A stretch of 25,661 nucleotides of DNA from Myxococcota bacterium (GTDB lineage: Bacteria > Myxococcota_A > Polyangia > Nannocystales > Nannocystaceae), in the NCBI GenBank assembly GCA_039028615.1, contig JBCCHT010000076.1, forward strand, positions 1-25,661, written 5' to 3'. Below, piece after piece: positions 18,221 through 25,661 of this stretch. Within the stretch, counting starts at the first letter, position 1; each line of letters begins with the position of its first letter. Both the position numbers and the translations under genes were made by a program. The notes under the pieces are model-generated. The model was given only the letters and a program-made list of their open reading frames with translations, ran no database searches and was not told where the DNA came from.

Positions 18221-19171
18221 TCAGCGGTTGTGGAGCAGGTCTTCGACTTCTTCGGCCGCTTCCACCTCGAGGCGAATCTGCTCGAGGCGTCCGCCGAAGT
18301 CGTCGCGGCCGCCGTCGCGGGCTTCGGCCCGCACGAGGTCGACCCGCAGCTGTCGAACCTGCTGCTCGGCGAGGCTCTGGCGGATCTTGAGCCGCTCGAG
18401 GGTCTTGCGGGCCCGTTCGTCGGCGCCGAGCCGATCGCCGAGGACCTCGATCTGACGCTGTCGCAGCTGTCGATCCTCGGGGTCGGTGGCGGTGGCCAAC
18501 GAGGCCTGGGCGGCGTCCCGCTGGGCGATGAGTTCCCGCAGCTCGTCTTCGTCGACCAAGGCCGAGAGCCGCCGGATCTTGTCGCGGAGCTCGTGCACCG
18601 TCTCGGCCATGCGATCGAGGGCGGCGATGGTGGGACCCGCGTCGCCTTCGTCGCGGCGGGCCAGCAGCGCTCGGACCTCGCTCATGTCGGCGTCGAAGCC
18701 TTTCGCGGCGGGCAGGGCGGCTCGCTCGGCGGCGGGCAGGGACGGCGCTTCTTTCGACTCGCCTTTCGGGGGCAGAGCCTTGGCCTCGCCACCCCCAGAA
18801 AGCAGGTTCCCGCTGCGGATGAGCGACCACGTGGCGGGCAGCGCCTTGCTGGCGTGCCCGAGCACGAACAGCCCCCAGATCATCCCCGGGATCGACAGCA
18901 CCCCGAAGAAGTAGCTGGTGACCGCCAAGTAGATGATGAGGTGCCAGCCGAAGCTCTTGGTCACCTGTCGCTGCGCGGCGATGCGGGGGTCTCCGACGAA
19001 GGGCACTTCCTCGCGGAAGATGGGCAGGTCGTGCAGCGGCTGCCAGTCTTCGTCGTCGGCGTGCCGGGCCAGCTCGAGACCGCTGAGGTCACGCTCGCGG
19101 AGCTTGCGTCGGAGCTTCTTCTCCGACCACTCGACGATCTTGTCGTCCTTCTGTACGAGGTATTGGTCCAC
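18221..19171 (-). CDS. Membrane protein: GYF_2-like N-terminus, 2TM domain, C-terminal coiled coil
   Basis: N-terminal ...LSGLELARHADDEDWQPLHDLP; FGWHLIIYLAV...IWGLFVLGHA (2TM pattern); heptad-rich E/R/L/Q C-terminal half. Confidence 0.75.
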   Translation of the reverse strand: MDQYLVQKDDKIVEWSEKKLRRKLRERDLSGLELARHADDEDWQPLHDLPIFREEVPFVGDPRIAAQRQVTKSFGWHLIIYLAVTSYFFGVLSIPGMIWGLFVLGHASKALPATWSLIRSGNLLSGGGEAKALPPKGESKEAPSLPAAERAALPAAKGFDADMSEVRALLARRDEGDAGPTIAALDRMAETVHELRDKIRRLSALVDEDELRELIAQRDAAQASLATATDPEDRQLRQRQIEVLGDRLGADERARKTLERLKIRQSLAEQQVRQLRVDLVRAEARDGGRDDFGGRLEQIRLEVEAAEEVEDLLHNR

Positions 19172-19183
19172 GACGAGGAGCGA

Positions 19184-20635
19184 TCAGGAGGAGGGCGGAG
19201 TCGCCTTGGTGCGCTTGTTCTTCTGGTTGGCCTTGAAGTCCGACCACAGCTTCAGGGCCAGGCGCCACAGGACCCATAGGCCGAAGGCGTAGACCTCGAG
19301 CGCGAGCGTGATGATGATGAAGTCGTAGGAGCTGCGGACGCGGATCGAGCCGAAGAAGATCGCGGCGATGGCCACCAGCCCCAGCAGGTGCACGGCGAGC
19401 AGGGCTTGCTTGATCGTGCGCCGCCCCAAGACCAGCGTGACCAGGCCGAGGAGGGCGGGGATGGCAAACAGGTTGCGGTGCCAGGTCGTCCACCAGTGGC
19501 TGATCTTGCGCCACTGACGGCGCCCCGAGTCCGGCCAGGGCACGTTGTGCCGCCACAGCAACGTCGCGTTGACCACCGAGTACTCGAGCTGACCCCGCAC
19601 TCCGGTCTCGGCGACACACTGCCGGATGTACTCCATGTGCTTTTTGCTGTCGCCGATGTAGCCGGGGTAGGTGAGCTCGTCGGTGAGCGCGGGCTCGAGC
19701 GCGATGCGGGGCGGGATGCCGCGCTTCTTGGCGCGGGCCTCGTGGTTTTTGATCTGCAGGAACGAGGGCGGCCGGAAGTGGACACGGCCGTGGCCCTTGC
19801 CGTCGGGCGTGGAGCGGATCTTCGAGTTGTGGCAGCGCCCGAAGACGAGGTTGAAGGTGCCGTTTTCGGACACGAGCCCGAAGCGCCCCGTGTTGTGGTG
19901 CAGCAGCGAGGAACTCACCACCAACATGATCAGCACGGGCACGAAGGACTGGAGCAGCAGGACCAGCTTGATCTTGGGCAGGGCCTTGCGACGCGCAATC
20001 CAGAACAAGCCGAGCAGCGCGGCGGACACCAGGACCTGCGGGCGCACCGCCAAGCCGATCCCGGCAAAGATGCCCATGATCCACGCGTCTCGTTTTCGGC
20101 CGTGATCGGCCATGCGCAGTGAAAACAGCACCGCACCCATCAAGAAGAACGCGTAGGGCGGCTCCGAGAGGATGTACCCGCCGAGCGAGAAGTGCGGGTA
20201 GTAGAAGACGCCGAGCAGGCCGACCGCGGGCGGCACCCAGACGAAGGCGCTGGCCCGACGCGCGCTCGCGAACGCGAACGCGACGGTGAACGAACCCAGC
20301 ACCGCGTAGAGCACCCCGATGGCGGTGAAGTTGTCCTTGCCGAACAGGTACTTCATGCCCGCCACGATCCAGTGCGTGCCGTAGGGGAAGAAGCTGCTGT
20401 ATTCGTGCGGCTTCAGCCCCGTCTTGAGCATTCGATCGGCGCGGCTGACGTACCCGTTCATGTCCGAGTACACGTAGTCACCCGGCGGATGCACCTCGAG
20501 GTTCCAGTGCAGTCGCACGAGCAACGCGGCGCCGAAGATGAGCAGCAGCCATCGCTCCTGAGCCAACCAGGCGAGGGTTGCCCGAGCAGCGCGAGCCCAG
20601 GGAGACGAGACGGAGGATTGCGGCGAGGACGACAC
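19184..20635 (-). CDS. GT-C fold (GT39/ArnT/PMT-like) polytopic membrane glycosyltransferase
   Basis: First-loop YSDMNGY, FFPYGTHW, YILSEPPYAFF, GLAVRPQ, many TM helices and a periplasmic loop. Confidence 0.8.
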   Translation of the reverse strand: MSSSPQSSVSSPWARAARATLAWLAQERWLLLIFGAALLVRLHWNLEVHPPGDYVYSDMNGYVSRADRMLKTGLKPHEYSSFFPYGTHWIVAGMKYLFGKDNFTAIGVLYAVLGSFTVAFAFASARRASAFVWVPPAVGLLGVFYYPHFSLGGYILSEPPYAFFLMGAVLFSLRMADHGRKRDAWIMGIFAGIGLAVRPQVLVSAALLGLFWIARRKALPKIKLVLLLQSFVPVLIMLVVSSSLLHHNTGRFGLVSENGTFNLVFGRCHNSKIRSTPDGKGHGRVHFRPPSFLQIKNHEARAKKRGIPPRIALEPALTDELTYPGYIGDSKKHMEYIRQCVAETGVRGQLEYSVVNATLLWRHNVPWPDSGRRQWRKISHWWTTWHRNLFAIPALLGLVTLVLGRRTIKQALLAVHLLGLVAIAAIFFGSIRVRSSYDFIIITLALEVYAFGLWVLWRLALKLWSDFKANQKNKRTKATPPSS

Positions 20636-20723
20636 GGGGGCGGTGGCATTCGTAGCCGCACAGGCGTGGTCTCGCCAAGGGGGGAGGGCGTGGCGCGGGC
20701 TTCGCGGGCCGTGATTACCCGCG

Positions 20724-20753
20724 TTGACGCCGGATCCTGGCCCCTGGTAAGTG
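20724..20753 (+). promoter_or_regulatory. Candidate promoter for the M16 peptidase gene
   Basis: TTGACG (20724-20729), 18 nt, then TG-G-TAAGTG (20748-20753), 7 nt before ATG 20761. Confidence 0.4.
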
Positions 20754-20760
20754 GCCTTTC

Positions 20761-23880
<3,120 letters not shown>

Positions 23881-23902
23881 CTTCGGGCTCTTCGTACGAA
23901 CG

Positions 23903-23930
23903 CAACGGCTCGCAGGGATGCGGGCCGTTG
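23903..23930 (+). terminator. 12-bp hairpin downstream of the M16 gene
   Basis: CAACGGCTCGCA-ggga-TGCGGGCCGTTG; no U-tract. Confidence 0.45.
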
Positions 23931-23965
23931 GCAATTGGCCCATGCGCTGACACAGTGAGGTCGGC

Positions 23966-25426
23966 GTGGTCGGGTGGTTGAACAAGCTCCTGGGGAAGGC
24001 TCCGAGGTCCGAGACCGACGGGGTCGATCGGGGGAGCAGGGACCCGGCCGAGGCCGAGCCCCTGGGGCAACTCGAGGAGCTGCTCGCGGGTGAGCCGAGC
24101 GAGGCGCGGTGGTCGAGTGCGGGTGCGTGGCTCGAGTCCGCGCCCGACTCGACGCAGGCGCGGGCGGTGGAGCGCGGCCTGGCGTGGCTCGATGTGTGGC
24201 CCGATGAGCAGCGGTGCTTCGTGCTGTACTACCCGGAGCAGCTCGAGTCGCTGCCCGCGTGGTGGCGGTGGGTCCGACGTCTGCAAAGCCACGAGTCCAC
24301 GCTCTCGCCCGAAGTGCTGGCGGTGTTGCTCGGAGCGGCGTCCGAGGCCGCGGCGACTCAGCTGGTCCTGCCGCACGCGCAGCTCGATGCCGACGGCGCG
24401 GGGCGGCTCGCGGCTTGGCCTGGGCTCGAACGATTGACCCACCTGGAACTCCCGCACAACGAGCTGGGCCCGGCGGGGGCAGGGGCGCTGGCGGACTCGA
24501 ACGCTCCCGTGGCGCTGCGGGTGCTCGACCTGTCGGCCAATGGCGTGGGCGACGAGGGGGTCGAGGCCATCGCTCCGTGGCTGCCCGGGTCTTCGCTGGA
24601 GGTGCTCGGGCTGGAGTTCGACGAACTGGGCGACGCTGGTGCGCGAGTGCTGGCGCAGGCGCTGGGAGGGGCTTCGTTGCGCGAGCTGTTGCTCGACGGC
24701 AACGAGCTGAGCGCCGCGGGCGTCGTCGCGCTGGCTCGATGCGCTGGCCTCGCTGGGTTGATGCGACTCGGGCTCGGCGATTGCGACCTGTCGGATCGTC
24801 GCGGGATCGAGGCGCTCGTGCAGGCCGACCTCGCGCCGGGCCTGCAGCGGCTACAGCTATGGGGGTGCATGCTCGGCGACCGGGGCATCGATGCGTTGTT
24901 GGAGCCCGGCCGGCTTCGTTGCATGTCGGACCTGGACCTGATGAGCAACCAGCTGACCTCCGCGGCGGCGCAGCGGCTGGCGAACAGTGCCGAGCTGGAG
25001 ACGCTTCGGGTCCTCACGCTGTGCCACAACCGATTGAGGGCAGCGGGAGCCGTCGCGCTCGCGTCGTCGGGCGCTCTCGGTGGGCTCGCCACGCTCGATC
25101 TCGCGGACAACGAACTCGGAGACGAAGGCGCCGTCGCGCTCGCGGCCGCCAGTGCGCTCGGTGGCCTCGTATCGTTGGACCTGAGCCGAAACCAGATCGG
25201 CCCCGAGGGCGCGACCGCCTTGGCCGACTCGAGGTTGTACGCCCGCCTCGAGCGGCTGCGACTCCGAGACAACCCCATCGGTTCGCAGGGCGCCGCATCG
25301 CTCGCCGCCGCCTTGCCGCGGACACGACTCCGCCAGCTCGAGGTCTCCGCGGCCGACGTGGGGGCAGAGGGCCTCGCGCGCTTGAAGGGCGCCGCAGGGG
25401 GGACATCCTGCGAGCTCCTCCACTAG
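23966..25426 (+). CDS. Leucine-rich repeat protein (ribonuclease-inhibitor-like/GALA-type LRRs)
   Basis: About a dozen repeats of LxxLxLxxNxLGxxGAxALA (e.g. LRVLDLSANGVGDEGVEAIA, LATLDLADNELGDEGAVALA); GAGG before GTG 23966. Confidence 0.9.
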   Translation: MVGWLNKLLGKAPRSETDGVDRGSRDPAEAEPLGQLEELLAGEPSEARWSSAGAWLESAPDSTQARAVERGLAWLDVWPDEQRCFVLYYPEQLESLPAWWRWVRRLQSHESTLSPEVLAVLLGAASEAAATQLVLPHAQLDADGAGRLAAWPGLERLTHLELPHNELGPAGAGALADSNAPVALRVLDLSANGVGDEGVEAIAPWLPGSSLEVLGLEFDELGDAGARVLAQALGGASLRELLLDGNELSAAGVVALARCAGLAGLMRLGLGDCDLSDRRGIEALVQADLAPGLQRLQLWGCMLGDRGIDALLEPGRLRCMSDLDLMSNQLTSAAAQRLANSAELETLRVLTLCHNRLRAAGAVALASSGALGGLATLDLADNELGDEGAVALAAASALGGLVSLDLSRNQIGPEGATALADSRLYARLERLRLRDNPIGSQGAASLAAALPRTRLRQLEVSAADVGAEGLARLKGAAGGTSCELLH

Positions 25427-25446
25427 ATGGGCTCCGGCCGGAGCGA

Positions 25447-25661
25447 GTGTGCGGCCCCCTGCCAGCGGGCCGCCCACCATGCGGGGCGTCGAAACCGCAA
25501 ACAAGCGCGCGATACGGGTGGGATGAACCCCGAGGCGGGCATAACTCTGCACTCGCTTCTTTCCCGAGCGGGCCGGGCGTCTACCGGATGATCGGTGTCG
25601 ACGGCGACGTGCTCTATGTCGGCAAGGCACGCTCGGTAAAGAAGCGAGTGCAGAGTTATGC
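25447..25661 (+). CDS. uvrC: UvrC-type GIY-YIG nuclease, N-terminal fragment (runs off the window edge; start uncertain)
   Basis: Not in the ORF track. Hand translation from 25561 gives FPSGPGVYRMIGVDGDVLYVGKARSVKKRVQSY. The only in-frame start between the LRR stop and this motif is GTG 25447. Confidence 0.7.
   Translation, partial: MCGPLPAGRPPCGASKPQTSARYGWDEPRGGHNSALASFPSGPGVYRMIGVDGDVLYVGKARSVKKRVQSY

Overview
GC-rich bacterial chromosomal segment, probably Myxococcota (inferred from the CFI-box-CTERM protein, Cys-rich lipoproteins with S/T/G/D tails, and an MXAN_6230-like RING protein). About 23 genes. In order: a partial membrane protein and a sensor histidine kinase, etfA/etfB, a DsbA-like oxidoreductase and thrB, a divergent LysR/SDR pair, a TM2 protein, a block of secreted/surface genes (including a (Pro-Glu)x34 repeat protein and a CFI-box-CTERM protein), an 867-aa RING + TerD-like protein, a phytochelatin-synthase-like enzyme, a cupin, a 2TM/coiled-coil protein, a GT-C glycosyltransferase, an M16 peptidase, an LRR protein and the start of a UvrC-type GIY-YIG nuclease. 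I saw no rRNA, tRNA, CRISPR array or transposase. The best candidate for an undescribed system is the non-coding gap 16716-16933 upstream of the RING-TerD gene. On the minus strand it shows a promoter-like sequence, a nested stem with a 25-nt pyrimidine-rich loop and a terminator-like hairpin. This suggests a ~100-nt structured RNA (or a switchable leader) partnered with the RING-TerD protein. All family assignments come from motif recognition by eye; no searches or folding programs were run.
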